Counted from the first letter of the stretch, positions 28,259 through 38,274 are shown. The stretch is DNA of 64,000 bases from an uncultured Verrucomicrobiae bacterium (GCA_963718565.1 OY970364.1:1184001-1248000), one strand, 5' to 3'. Program-made: numbers and translations. Notes: generated by a model from the sequence alone, not told the origin.

Positions 28259-28409
28259 TATACCGCGCCCCAGGCGCGGTATATACGGCGCGGTTAGGTT
28301 TGGTGAATTTTGACAGGCTGCGACTTTGTCAAATCGATCGGCCGCTTCGCTTCGATTTTGCTTCGTCTCGCAGAGTCAAAATTCGCCAAACCTAACCGCG
28401 CGCTGTATA
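28259..28409. repeat. Family D elements: 25-bp palindrome abutting a 128-bp TATA-flanked hairpin
   Basis: TATACCGCGCC-CCA-GGCGCGGTATA then TATACGGCGCGGTTAGGTTTGG...CCAAACCTAACCGCGCGCTGTATA. Confidence 0.85.
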
Positions 28410-28412
28410 TTT

Positions 28413-29003
28413 TTACTTTCCAGGATTGGTATAACGCAATCCTTTTAGAAATTTTGTAGTGATAATCAATTTGAACAAATCGCCGATCAGGAATGGCAGC
28501 ATTCCTAAGACAAAGGCCGACTCCCAGCCAGTGTAACGAGAAAGCCATGAGATTCCAAATAGATAAATAACGAGATTACCCAATCCCATCGCTGCAAATG
28601 CTTTAGATGGAGTACGGTCTGCAACACGCTCCATCAAATATCCTGTAATAAAAGCGGCAACCAAATAGCCAAGCAAATACCCACCCGTCGGTCCCGCAAG
28701 GATATGAATTCCCCCCTTTCCTCCAGCAAAAACAGGGAGTCCAATTGCTCCTTGAAAAAGAAAAGCCAATACAGCCATCGCCGCACGTTTACTCCCTAGG
28801 AGACAAGAAACCAGAAGAATGACATGAGCTTGTACAGCTATCGGTACCGGAGTAAAAGGGAGAGGTATCGAAGCGGGGGCACATAGAGCAATGATAATGC
28901 TCGCCCCCACTATTACCGCAACTTGTTTAAGCCAAGGCCGATCCTTAAGCCAAGGCCGATCCCCTGCAGTCTCATTGAGAAGATATGAGTAATTCATTGC
29001 CAT
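28413..29003 (-). CDS. bioY: Biotin transporter BioY
   Basis: PLPFTPVP..Q, GAIGLPVFAGG, GPTGGYLLGY, LPFLIGDLFK. Confidence 0.95.
   Translation of the reverse strand: MAMNYSYLLNETAGDRPWLKDRPWLKQVAVIVGASIIIALCAPASIPLPFTPVPIAVQAHVILLVSCLLGSKRAAMAVLAFLFQGAIGLPVFAGGKGGIHILAGPTGGYLLGYLVAAFITGYLMERVADRTPSKAFAAMGLGNLVIYLFGISWLSRYTGWESAFVLGMLPFLIGDLFKLIITTKFLKGLRYTNPGK
28927..28962. repeat. 18-bp perfect tandem duplication in bioY
   Basis: TTAAGCCAAGGCCGATCC x2 (DRPWLK x2). Confidence 0.9.
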
Positions 29004-29096
29004 AAATACCTCCGTAAAAGAACAGATTGAAATTGTGAAGACCGAGGATATCAAGAATGGATTTTTTGTAAGAACAAAAAATTTTGCTCCCTCCAA

Positions 29097-29116
29097 TATA
29101 CCGCGCTCCGTCAGGT
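29097..29116. repeat. Family D scar abutting a stop codon
   Basis: TATACCGCGCTCCGTCAGGT identical to 33267-33286. Confidence 0.8.
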
Positions 29117-29578
29117 TTAATTAGGAACTGGAAAACCCATTGCTTTTAGCTGCTGGGGAAATGTTTTCAAGTAAAACGTTGCGACTTTATCGATGGTTGC
29201 ATCCCCATCAATGATTTTCCCAGAAACTTTTTCGGTTAGACTGCATTTAACGAGATTGTCTTTCAAACTCAATGCCGCTCCTCCCATTACAGATGCGCAA
29301 AAAAGAAAGCTTTGCCCCACATCAACGATATGTTTTTTAGTGAACTCTTTTTTCTTGGATTCTTCAACAAAAAAATGACAGTATCCTTTAAGTACTAATG
29401 CATGAATGCCTCGGGCTACTGTTTCGAATGCACTAAAAATCGCAATACTTGTATAAGCGACCTCAGCTGAGATTTGTTTGAATACTCTTTCAGCTTGACT
29501 ATCGTACTTGTTAAGCCAATCTGTGACCTGTTGATAAGCATATCCGCCTACGGATAATGACATAGGAATTTCACGCAT
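29117..29578 (-). CDS. Hypothetical protein with two hydrophobic segments
   Basis: AGGAG RBS; 153 aa. Confidence 0.7.
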   Translation of the reverse strand: MREIPMSLSVGGYAYQQVTDWLNKYDSQAERVFKQISAEVAYTSIAIFSAFETVARGIHALVLKGYCHFFVEESKKKEFTKKHIVDVGQSFLFCASVMGGAALSLKDNLVKCSLTEKVSGKIIDGDATIDKVATFYLKTFPQQLKAMGFPVPN

Positions 29579-29653
29579 AAAATTTCTCCTAAATAGTTAA
29601 TTTAAAAACCAACTCCGAAAAGTTTACTATAATTTAGAAGAAAGAATCAAACT

Positions 29654-30457
29654 TTAAAAAAATGCAGTTTCTTGAAGAATTTTTTCCCAATCATTGCAAG
29701 GAGATGCAAAATCAAGTTCGACGTGTGTAGAATAGCCTGGTATTGAAGAAACAAGGATAGCTTCTTCCTCGAATAGTTTGCAAAACTTGTCGTGATCCGC
29801 GGTAATGGTCCTCCCCAAAGAAAAGCAGCGGTGAATATCTATGTGCTTTTGCAATGTTTTGAAAAGCATCGCATAGGTGTTGGTCGTAGAAGGCGTTGTT
29901 CGCCAATGGCAGGAATCTGTGTAGAAGATTTTTGACTTGAGCTCGGTATATTGGGGAAGAAAGTATTTATCCCTGTGATCGAAAAGAGTCACATAATCGA
30001 TGCCGGGCAGGGTAAAAGCTTCACGCAAAACTTTAGGCCAGCCGGAACGATGAGCATAATCGTCTTCAAGAAAATAGATAATCGTCTCAGGAGGAAACTT
30101 TTTACGATAGACATATTCAAGCATGTAGAGAAATGAAGCAGCTTCTGACCCTGCTTTAAATTCGACAACGGGATAAAGGGACTGTCGACAAAGAAAATGA
30201 GCTTCCTGCATGGGATGATAAGTATCGAGCAAGAAAGTGACGTTGATTTTGTCATGTTCAGCAATTGTCGAAAGCAAATTGTTAAGACAATGCTCCCGAC
30301 TGAAATTGCTAAAACGCTTTTTGTGCGCACTGATGGAGGAATAGTGACAGTGGCGGACAAATATTTCGATAGGTCGGCAGCGTTCTTGAAATAGCGCTTC
30401 TGTTAAATTCTCTTTCAAGCTGCCAACCTTACACAGCAGCGATTTTAGTGTTAACAT
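29654..30457 (-). CDS. Putative glycosyltransferase (GT-A-like)
   Basis: IIYFLEDDYAH acidic motif; start uncertain. Confidence 0.6.
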   Translation of the reverse strand: MLTLKSLLCKVGSLKENLTEALFQERCRPIEIFVRHCHYSSISAHKKRFSNFSREHCLNNLLSTIAEHDKINVTFLLDTYHPMQEAHFLCRQSLYPVVEFKAGSEAASFLYMLEYVYRKKFPPETIIYFLEDDYAHRSGWPKVLREAFTLPGIDYVTLFDHRDKYFLPQYTELKSKIFYTDSCHWRTTPSTTNTYAMLFKTLQKHIDIHRCFSLGRTITADHDKFCKLFEEEAILVSSIPGYSTHVELDFASPCNDWEKILQETAFF

Positions 30458-30661
30458 CGTTTGAATATACTTCAGTATACATTTAGAGGGAATTTTTATA
30501 TAAAAAACCCTCGAAAATTTACAGGTTGTGGGCATGAGGATTCGAGTTGGTTTCTGTAGAGTGTCAAGTCACTGTTTTTGGCACTACAAAACGAGGTTCA
30601 TCAGCTGATCCGCTGCGAGAACTAGGACTCCAAACATCAGGTGACAAGCCACCTTGCAGGC

Positions 30662-30704
30662 CCCCCAGAAAATCACCCCGTTTTGTTAGTTTTGCAATTC
30701 GCTC
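30662..30704. repeat. Half copy of family A subtype B overlapping the Nudix stop codon
   Basis: CCCCCAGAAAATCACCCCGTTTTGTTAGTTTTGCAATTC matches 51387-51425 and 60396-60434. Confidence 0.85.
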
Positions 30705-31114
30705 TATAAATAGCGCAAGAATTCTTGCAAAATATGGCGGGCTTCTCGAAAGGTGAGTTGCTGGAGAGCTTCGGGAATTGTCAACCATTTGGCTTCTCGG
30801 ATTTCTTCTTCCTGAAGCTGTAGAGTTCCCTGAACAAGGGCAGGAAAATACTGCACTGTTTTAACAGTGAATTGTTTTTTTCTCCTGAACTGATATTGCT
30901 CAATTAACGGGTGTTGGCGCAGAGTATGTGTGACGACAAGCCCTGTCTCTTCTTTCAGCTCGCGCGTCGCAGCTTCCAGAGGGGTTTCTCCAGGGTTGGC
31001 CTTTCCTTTTGGAAATCCCCAGTGATTGCCCTCGCGGTGCAAGATCAAAAGAACTTTCCATGTTCCTTTCTCATTTAAGAAAGGGACGATTCCAAATGAC
31101 TTCACTTTGATCAT
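30704..31114 (-). CDS. Nudix hydrolase (Ap4A hydrolase-like)
   Basis: WGFPKG...GETPLEAATRELKEETG Nudix box. Confidence 0.92.
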   Translation of the reverse strand: MIKVKSFGIVPFLNEKGTWKVLLILHREGNHWGFPKGKANPGETPLEAATRELKEETGLVVTHTLRQHPLIEQYQFRRKKQFTVKTVQYFPALVQGTLQLQEEEIREAKWLTIPEALQQLTFREARHILQEFLRYL

Positions 31115-31145
31115 CGATACTACTAAAATGAACCCAAAACTCAGG

Positions 31146-32402
31146 TTACTGATGATAGGGCGCAAAAATCAATGACGAATTATGACCGCCAAATCCAAAT
31201 GAATTGCTTAACGCTGCGGTCACTTGATGCGGCTTAGCTGTGTGAGGAACGACATCGATCTCTGCCAATTCTTCTTCCGGCTCATCGAGATTGATTGTCG
31301 GATGCAGCATTCCTGTTTCGATCGCCTTGATCGTCGCTATCGCTTCGATACCGCCTGCTGCGCCTAAGCAGTGACCGATCATCGATTTAGTCGCATTCAT
31401 TTTGACATTGCGAATGTGAGGGCCAAATACTTTTTTAATCGCACGGACTTCACATAGGTCCCCTACAAGTGTAGAAGTTGCATGTGCATTGATATAATTA
31501 ATGTGCTCTTTAGAGATTCCGGCGTCTTTAATTGCGTTTTCTACACATAGCCCAACGCCGAGACCATCATCACGCGGGTCTGTCATATGGTGAGCATCAC
31601 AAGTAATTCCACCGCCCAGATACTCGGCGATGATCGGCGCTCCACGGGCAAGCGCATGCTCAAGACTTTCTAAGAGGAGTACTCCAGCGCCTTCCCCTAT
31701 CACAAACCCATCCCTTTTTTTATCCCAAGGACGAGATGCTCTTTGAGGCTCATCATTGCGCTCCGACAAGGCTTTACAAGCGACGAATCCCGCAACACCA
31801 ATGGGATTAATGGGCGATTCCGTTCCCCCACAAAGTATCAGATCTGCCTCGCCACGTCGGATATGTTGCGCTGCTGAATAAATGCAATAGTTAGAGGTCG
31901 CGCAAGCTGTCGAAATCGAATAATTGGGGCCCATGAAACCAAGATCGATGGCCAAGAGCGCACCACCCATATTCGTAATAATGAAGGGCACAAAAAATGG
32001 AGTGATCCGTTTAAAACCTTTTGTAAGAAGCGTTTCAGTCCCATCGTAAAAAACAGACATTCCTCCCATTCCTGAACCGATCAAAACTCCACAGCGGGTT
32101 TTATCGAGACTAGAGAGAGCTTCCCCGGCTAATTTTCCTTGCTCCAAGGCTTTTTTTCCAGCAACAGCAGTATATCGAATAAATGGATCGACCCGGCGCG
32201 CTTGTTTTTTATCGAGATAATCGCCAACTTCAAAGTTGCGGACAACACCAGCAAAACGTGTAGGAAAATCTTGACAAGGAAATTCTTCAATTGGAACGAT
32301 ACCGCTATTGCCAGCCAAAAGTCGATGATAAAACTCATCGACGTTTGTTCCAAAGCAGGAGACGACCCCCATTCCGGTAACGACCACGCGTTTTTTATTC
32401 AT
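31146..32402 (-). CDS. fabF: 3-oxoacyl-ACP synthase II
   Basis: RVVVTGMG, TACAT, NAHATST, TKSMIGH, SNSFGFGGHN. Confidence 0.97.
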   Translation of the reverse strand: MNKKRVVVTGMGVVSCFGTNVDEFYHRLLAGNSGIVPIEEFPCQDFPTRFAGVVRNFEVGDYLDKKQARRVDPFIRYTAVAGKKALEQGKLAGEALSSLDKTRCGVLIGSGMGGMSVFYDGTETLLTKGFKRITPFFVPFIITNMGGALLAIDLGFMGPNYSISTACATSNYCIYSAAQHIRRGEADLILCGGTESPINPIGVAGFVACKALSERNDEPQRASRPWDKKRDGFVIGEGAGVLLLESLEHALARGAPIIAEYLGGGITCDAHHMTDPRDDGLGVGLCVENAIKDAGISKEHINYINAHATSTLVGDLCEVRAIKKVFGPHIRNVKMNATKSMIGHCLGAAGGIEAIATIKAIETGMLHPTINLDEPEEELAEIDVVPHTAKPHQVTAALSNSFGFGGHNSSLIFAPYHQ

Positions 32403-32496
32403 AAAGTTCCCAGGTATTCCGATAGAGGATAGACTGAGCGCAGTATACATCAAATCCATTAATTTCGCAATTAAGGTTTAAATGGAATTAAATAAT

Positions 32497-32898
32497 TTAT
32501 TTTCTAGAGGAGTTGACCGTTGCTGAAGAGATTTTTGGTGTTACATCAATCTGAAGGTCAACGACATGCCCTTCTCGCCACAGTTGTTCCAGTTGATATT
32601 TATCGCGTAGACCTGGCATGAAAATATGAACCATAATGTGTAAATAATCGATGACAATCCAATCTCCGGTTTTCATCCCTTCTACATACATCGGGAATTG
32701 GCCGAGCTGCTGCAGTCGATCAATAATGGCTTGAGCAATGGCCATCACGTGTTTATCGACATTACCTTCTGCGATGATCACATAGTCGGTCAAGGTAGAA
32801 ATTTCATGAACATCGAGGGCTAAAATATTAGATCCCTTCTTATCAAAAATTGTTTGCGCAATGGTATTTAAACAAAATAAAGGATCGGTTTTATTCAT
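32497..32898 (-). CDS. rsfS: Ribosome silencing factor
   Basis: DKKG.NI..LDV, DYVIIAEG, WIVIDY..VHIF, Y.LEQLW. Confidence 0.93.
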   Translation of the reverse strand: MNKTDPLFCLNTIAQTIFDKKGSNILALDVHEISTLTDYVIIAEGNVDKHVMAIAQAIIDRLQQLGQFPMYVEGMKTGDWIVIDYLHIMVHIFMPGLRDKYQLEQLWREGHVVDLQIDVTPKISSATVNSSRK

Positions 32899-32909
32899 GA
32901 AAATTTTAA

Positions 32910-33095
32910 TAACCTGAGTAATGGGTCTATTTTATAGTAGATTGCCGTAGATTTCGAGGCGATCTTTGCAAATTTTGGCGCGTTCAATAGCTGGAAGCAC
33001 CTATGGACGCGCCAAAATTTGCAAAAATCGCCCGAAAGATGCGGCAAGACACTAGACTGGGCGCAGTATATGAAAGAAATCCATTATTCAGGTTA
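32910..33095. repeat. Three nested palindromic elements between nadD and rsfS
   Basis: Outer TIR TAACCTGA(G/A)TAATGG; inner hairpin 32933-33054; scar TAGACTGGGCGCAGTATA 33053-33070. Confidence 0.8.
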
Positions 33096-33704
33096 ATAGT
33101 ATAAATGATATTGATCAATATAGTTCAGGACTACGGCAGGAACCAAATGTCCACAATATTTTTTTTGAGAAAGGCGGTTTCTGACATGGGTACTACTAAT
33201 CTCAAAATAAGGGATCTTAATTCTCCCTTCATGCAGCTTCTTTTGAAGCCCGACGGGAAGTTGTGATATACCGCGCTCCGTCAGGTATAAGTCGCCTAGC
33301 TGACGTGTGCCAATCAGAGGAGGAGCAAGGCGGACCAAATCTTCAGCATCCTTCCAATGAGGAAAGGAGGCGATGTGATCCTCTCCGAGGATGAGATGCA
33401 GCTGCAGAGAAGAATCGGTGGAAAGTTTACGTATCGTATCAATGGTAAAAGCGGGACCTTTATTTTGCAGCTCCCAATCTAGGACTCGAAATTTCTTCAC
33501 TGGGTCAATGCTCAGCTTTAACATCTCACTACGACGCTCTGCCGAAGCTACCGGAGGGGCATTCTGTTTAAAGGGAGAAAGAGAAGCAGGCACAAACATC
33601 ACTTCATCGAGGGCACATGCTTCCATCATGCTAATGGCTAAATTCAAATGGCCAAAATGGACTGGATCAAAACTCCCGCCGAGAATTCCCACCTTTTTTC
33701 TCAT
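33093..33704 (-). CDS. nadD: Nicotinate-nucleotide adenylyltransferase
   Basis: GGSFDPVHFGH, SPFK, FTIDT, ISSTHVR; carries a 21-nt repeat insertion. Confidence 0.95.
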   Translation of the reverse strand: MRKKVGILGGSFDPVHFGHLNLAISMMEACALDEVMFVPASLSPFKQNAPPVASAERRSEMLKLSIDPVKKFRVLDWELQNKGPAFTIDTIRKLSTDSSLQLHLILGEDHIASFPHWKDAEDLVRLAPPLIGTRQLGDLYLTERGISQLPVGLQKKLHEGRIKIPYFEISSTHVRNRLSQKKYCGHLVPAVVLNYIDQYHLYY

Positions 33705-35848
33705 AAAATATGTAACATTTCTCGATATTTTGGCAGAGGCCACAAGCGATCATCGATAAGCTCTTCAATACCATCCATTGTTCTGCGTGCAGTTTCTGCT
33801 TTTTCAAAGACCTGATCACAGTAAGCTTCTGCTTTTTTTCCAAGCGGCATCTGATTGACTTTTTGCCGCTCTTTTTCCATGGAATTGATCTGATCAATGG
33901 CCAAGCTGACATGTTGAGAAATTTTCTTGATCAGCGATGTTTGAGAAGTCGATAGGGAATGACCCGTCTCGCTCACATGTTTTATACTTTCTGCGACCTC
34001 TTTTTGAAATTCAAGTGCCACAGGTAAAATCTGCGTTTGGAATATTTCCTGTAAAAGACGCGCTTCGATGTTGAGAACTTTGCAATATCTTTCCGTCATG
34101 ATTTCCACGCGAGATTCCAGCTCGTGTTTAGATAATACTCCCTCGAAGGCTTTAATGCTTTTTGGAGTCAGAAACTCTGCGAATGCGTGCAGTGATTTTT
34201 CAATAATGGGAAGTTTGCGTTTTTTTGCCTCTTTCTTCCAGGATGCTGAATACCCATCGCCAGAAAATCTCACTGTCTTAGAAGCTTTTAAGAATTTGCG
34301 TGCGACACCGAGTACGACATCTTTAAGAGGTTTTTTCTTCATTAGCCCTTTTTCAATCTCATCGACAATTTGATTCAAGCTACTCGCGACGATCACATTT
34401 AAAACAGAAACAGGCAATGCACAATTTTGTGAAGAGCCGACAGCTCTGAATTCAAATTTATTACCGGTGAAAGCAAAAGGCGAAGTTCGGTTCCGATCTG
34501 TCTCATCTAGGGGGACATCAGGAATGGGGGGTATCCCCAAATCAAGAGATTGTCCCGCTTTGCTTTGATGCGCTAGATCTTCTTCAATGTTGCTCAGCCA
34601 TCGCTCAAGCGCTTCGCCTAAATACACAGAAATAATTGCTGGCGGCGCTTCATGACCACCCAGTCGATGATCATTCCCGGGTGTTGCCACTGAAGCTCTA
34701 AGAAGAGTGGAGTAATCATGAACAGCATAAATGACTGCGGTCAACATCGTCAAAAACAAGAGCTGAGGCTGGTCAGGATCAAGCAGATTCAATCCCGTGT
34801 CTGTAGCAAGAGACCAATTGCAATGTTTTCCAGATCCGTTGATTCGTGCAAAAGGCTTTTCATGAAGCAGACAGGCAAGGTTATGACGCGTGGCAATTTG
34901 CCGCATGAGTTCCATCAATAAGATGTTGTGATCGACAGCAGCTGAGGCCTTTTCAAATAAAGGAGCAAACTCAAATTGAGCAGGAGCAACTTCAGCATGG
35001 CGAGTTTTAAGGGGGATACCTAAAGCGTATGCCTTTTGCTCTAGATCGACCATAAATGCGCCAACGCGCTCTTTTATTGTTCCAAAATAATGATCTTCCA
35101 ACTCCTGCCCTTTTGCAGGAGACGCCCCACAAAGGCTGCGGCCAGAAAGAATGAGATCTGGGCGCAAGAGATAAAAAGCGCGGTCGATAAGAAAAAACTC
35201 TTGCTCGCATCCCAGTGTTGAAAAAACAGAATTGGCTTTAATGTCAAGAAGATGGAGCAAACGCAATGCTGCTTGATTCAGCTTGGCATCAGAGCGCATG
35301 AGTGGAATTTTCATGTCTAACGCTTTCCCCGTCCAAGAAAAATAAATGGAGGGAAGACAGAGAACTTTGGTCCCACCCATTTCCCATAAAAAGGGAAGAG
35401 AAGTAGGATCCCAAACGGTATATCCACGAGCCTCAGAGGTGCTTCGCAGCCCTCCCGATGGAAATGAAGAAGCATCTGGTTCGCCGCGCATCAATTGTTT
35501 TCCACTGAATTTTTCGATCCATTCTCCGCGGCTGCCCCAATCGACAAAGGCATCATGTTTTTCTGCAGCCAGGCCCGTTTGCGGTAGAAACCAATGGCAA
35601 AAATGCGTTGCTCCATTTTTAACTGCCCAGTCTTTCATGGCATCGGCGATCGTCTGAGCATGAGAAGGATTGAGCTTGCCTTTTCCATCAATCGCTTCTT
35701 TCAAATTGACCCAAACAGTTCTAGAAAGCATTTTTTCCATAATGCCGTGATGAAATGTCTCCTGACCAAAAATAGCTTCTTTTTTTCTTTCGCTGATTCC
35801 GGAAGAGCGCTTTTGGATATCTCTCATTGCTTTAAACCGAGGATTCAT
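33701..35848 (-). CDS. glnA: Glutamine synthetase type III
   Basis: EKHDAF, EPDASSFPSGGLRST, HEKPF, NGSGKH, HRLGGHEAPP, DRNRTSPFAFTGNKFEFRA, WPLPKY. Confidence 0.95.
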   Translation of the reverse strand: MNPRFKAMRDIQKRSSGISERKKEAIFGQETFHHGIMEKMLSRTVWVNLKEAIDGKGKLNPSHAQTIADAMKDWAVKNGATHFCHWFLPQTGLAAEKHDAFVDWGSRGEWIEKFSGKQLMRGEPDASSFPSGGLRSTSEARGYTVWDPTSLPFLWEMGGTKVLCLPSIYFSWTGKALDMKIPLMRSDAKLNQAALRLLHLLDIKANSVFSTLGCEQEFFLIDRAFYLLRPDLILSGRSLCGASPAKGQELEDHYFGTIKERVGAFMVDLEQKAYALGIPLKTRHAEVAPAQFEFAPLFEKASAAVDHNILLMELMRQIATRHNLACLLHEKPFARINGSGKHCNWSLATDTGLNLLDPDQPQLLFLTMLTAVIYAVHDYSTLLRASVATPGNDHRLGGHEAPPAIISVYLGEALERWLSNIEEDLAHQSKAGQSLDLGIPPIPDVPLDETDRNRTSPFAFTGNKFEFRAVGSSQNCALPVSVLNVIVASSLNQIVDEIEKGLMKKKPLKDVVLGVARKFLKASKTVRFSGDGYSASWKKEAKKRKLPIIEKSLHAFAEFLTPKSIKAFEGVLSKHELESRVEIMTERYCKVLNIEARLLQEIFQTQILPVALEFQKEVAESIKHVSETGHSLSTSQTSLIKKISQHVSLAIDQINSMEKERQKVNQMPLGKKAEAYCDQVFEKAETARRTMDGIEELIDDRLWPLPKYREMLHIL

Positions 35849-35859
35849 ATGATGTTTAC

Positions 35860-36510
35860 CTATAAAATTGACCATTGATTCTGCTCAGAAAACCGACGCA
35901 ATTTACGATCGGGATTGACTGCGATGGGAGTTCCTGCGATAAGCAACAGGGGCAGATCTAAAAAGCTATCGGAGTAAGCGGTAATGTGTTCTTTTCCTAG
36001 GGATAGCTTCTCAGCGATTTCTTGAACGCAGGATGCCTTCTCCTCTCCTTGCATTATCGAAGTAATGTGGCATAACCTCCGCTCCTTGTCAACGGCGTAT
36101 TGCGTTGCCCGCCATTCGTTGACCCCCAACAGCTGAGCGATTTTTTCGACCAAAAAACTCGGGGAGTTTGAAACGATCAGCGTATAATATCCTAGATGCT
36201 GTGCTAATCGCAGTTTTGCAAGCACCGGAGGGTAAATTTGAGAAAATAAATAGTCTTTCAAAAACGGCTCGACGTTTTTTTCAAGTTGCTCTAAAGATTT
36301 ACCTCTTAAGAGATGTTCGAAAACTCGATTGTGTAAATCCGACAAGCTCATCCCAAAAAAGGTGTGTTTGAGATAATAAAACAAGGAGTAAATCAAAGAG
36401 AAAGAGGGAAGGACATTTTTTTGAACCAGATAACGGCAAAAACCAAGGCTGCAATTATCAGCAACAATTGTCCGATCAAGATCAAAAACTGTTAAATGGG
36501 ACCAGCTCAC
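35860..36510 (-). CDS. HAD-superfamily subfamily IB hydrolase
   Basis: FDLDRT, IVSNS, GEEK, AYSDSFLDLPLL, AVNPD. Confidence 0.9.
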   Translation of the reverse strand: MSWSHLTVFDLDRTIVADNCSLGFCRYLVQKNVLPSFSLIYSLFYYLKHTFFGMSLSDLHNRVFEHLLRGKSLEQLEKNVEPFLKDYLFSQIYPPVLAKLRLAQHLGYYTLIVSNSPSFLVEKIAQLLGVNEWRATQYAVDKERRLCHITSIMQGEEKASCVQEIAEKLSLGKEHITAYSDSFLDLPLLLIAGTPIAVNPDRKLRRFSEQNQWSIL

Positions 36511-36516
36511 AGACTC

Positions 36517-38265
36517 TTATCCTTCAATTTCAGTGATCTTCTCTTCGATTTCATCGATAGAAGAATTGGTCTTCTCCAGAGTTGCTTTTTCTGCCTCGAT
36601 CATCTCACGATACATCATCGCTTTTTCAAAATCTAACCCGGATCCACCCAGAAGTTTGCGATAGCTTTCCAACTGATTTTTTATTTCTTGTCGACGAAAT
36701 TTACGCTCTTCGAGAACAGCTTTAAGCTGATCCAATGCCTTTTGATCATCTTCTGACAGCATGAGAAGAGTTTTCTCTCTCTTGTCATCCAGGATGTCTT
36801 TGAGTTGTTTGAATAGTCGATCAATGATCTGTCGCTCGGCCTTAGCTAGAGTAGTCTCTTCAAATTGCTTATGCAACTGATCGCGTTTGGCCGCGAGAAA
36901 ATCAGCATCTAAACTTCCAGCCTGGCTGTAAAGAGAATTGAGTTCTTCCTTTAATGCATTAATTGTGGAGCGCCGTTTAGTTTCCATCTCACGCTCTGTC
37001 TTCTGGCGCTCTAATTCGACATCACGGGCACGGCCTAAAGGACCGCGTTTGGCTTTGTGAATTTCCTCCCTGAGCAATCGCACTTCATCGCGGCCGAGCT
37101 CCAGGGACTTCATGAAATTGAGGATTTCCTCGGCCTGTTTATTACACTCATCGACAGAGAGGCCGGCTGTGCAAGCTTCTGCAAAAGGCTTGACTTTCTC
37201 CATAACGAGATCGAAATTCTGCTGATACTCTTGTCTTTTTAATTGAGTTTCTTTTTTTCGCTCTTTTTCACGATTTTTGATTTTATCCCAGCAATGACTC
37301 AATTTAAGGCGCGTCTCTGTAAAGGCATGAGTATTCAATGTTAAAATTTTCGCAATAGACTGGAGTTGCTTGATCTCTTCACGGAGAGAATATAAGTGAA
37401 GATCTTTGAACTCCTCATCTTGGAAATAGGACTCAATAAATTTATCAATATCATTGACAAATTCATGAGAAATTTTTTTGATCAACTCTTTCCTTCTGGG
37501 GAAAATTTGATCTCCGCAGATAGATAAGCGCTCCAGAAGTTTATTCTTAATACGAATGCGCATTTCGGTTTTAACAACTTCTCTACGCATGGCATTCACT
37601 CGAGCTGCCAAAGTATTGAGGAGAAGAAGTTCTTTTTGGACTTGGCTATAGAATTCTTCTTTGTCCTTCAAAGTGACGCATTCTAAAAGTGCGGGCTCCT
37701 CAGATTGACTGAGAAGGAAATCGTAATTTTCAAGGTCCCTTTCTAAAGCCTGAATGGCAAGTTCGATCTGTTCGATGGCGAAAGCGGACTGCTCATCAAG
37801 GATTTCTTTTAGACGTTTGGCTTCGGTAGAAAGCTCAATGTAAGAACTCCATAGTTGAGAGCGCATCTTAGGAGCAATATTTTCTTTGAAGAGTGGAAGG
37901 CATAGCTTTCTTCCCTCCCAAAAATCCTTAAAACGAGGGACTCCGCTGTTAGAAAGTGCCGCGCGCATGAATTCAATGCTGAGTCGAATTTTCCCTTCCG
38001 GCGTCGGCTCTCCTTCAAAATTTTTCATAAAATCGGCAAATAGAGAAGAAATCTCTTTTCTCTCAGTAGATCCCTTCCTTTTTTCATCTTCATGGCCTCC
38101 TGCTGCAATGAGATCAGGATTACCCTCCTCAGGAGATCCTGATTCAGCTCCACTTAATTCGTTCACAAAATTATCTTCTTTGAAGATATCTTCGGATTCG
38201 CCACTCAACTCGTTTTCTTCATTCATTGTGTCACTGACTTTTGGAAGGGAATTAGGATCAAGCAA
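36517..38265 (-). CDS. Coiled-coil hypothetical protein (chlamydial conserved-type)
   Basis: Long ORF, acidic N-terminus, extensive heptads; start 38265 (TTG) or 38226 (ATG). Confidence 0.85.
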   Translation of the reverse strand: MLDPNSLPKVSDTMNEENELSGESEDIFKEDNFVNELSGAESGSPEEGNPDLIAAGGHEDEKRKGSTERKEISSLFADFMKNFEGEPTPEGKIRLSIEFMRAALSNSGVPRFKDFWEGRKLCLPLFKENIAPKMRSQLWSSYIELSTEAKRLKEILDEQSAFAIEQIELAIQALERDLENYDFLLSQSEEPALLECVTLKDKEEFYSQVQKELLLLNTLAARVNAMRREVVKTEMRIRIKNKLLERLSICGDQIFPRRKELIKKISHEFVNDIDKFIESYFQDEEFKDLHLYSLREEIKQLQSIAKILTLNTHAFTETRLKLSHCWDKIKNREKERKKETQLKRQEYQQNFDLVMEKVKPFAEACTAGLSVDECNKQAEEILNFMKSLELGRDEVRLLREEIHKAKRGPLGRARDVELERQKTEREMETKRRSTINALKEELNSLYSQAGSLDADFLAAKRDQLHKQFEETTLAKAERQIIDRLFKQLKDILDDKREKTLLMLSEDDQKALDQLKAVLEERKFRRQEIKNQLESYRKLLGGSGLDFEKAMMYREMIEAEKATLEKTNSSIDEIEEKITEIEG

Positions 38266-38274
38266 AACGCACTT

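Noticed and set aside
30536..30660. Intergenic stretch considered as a riboswitch or ncRNA
   Set aside because: No recognisable consensus or strong stem found by eye
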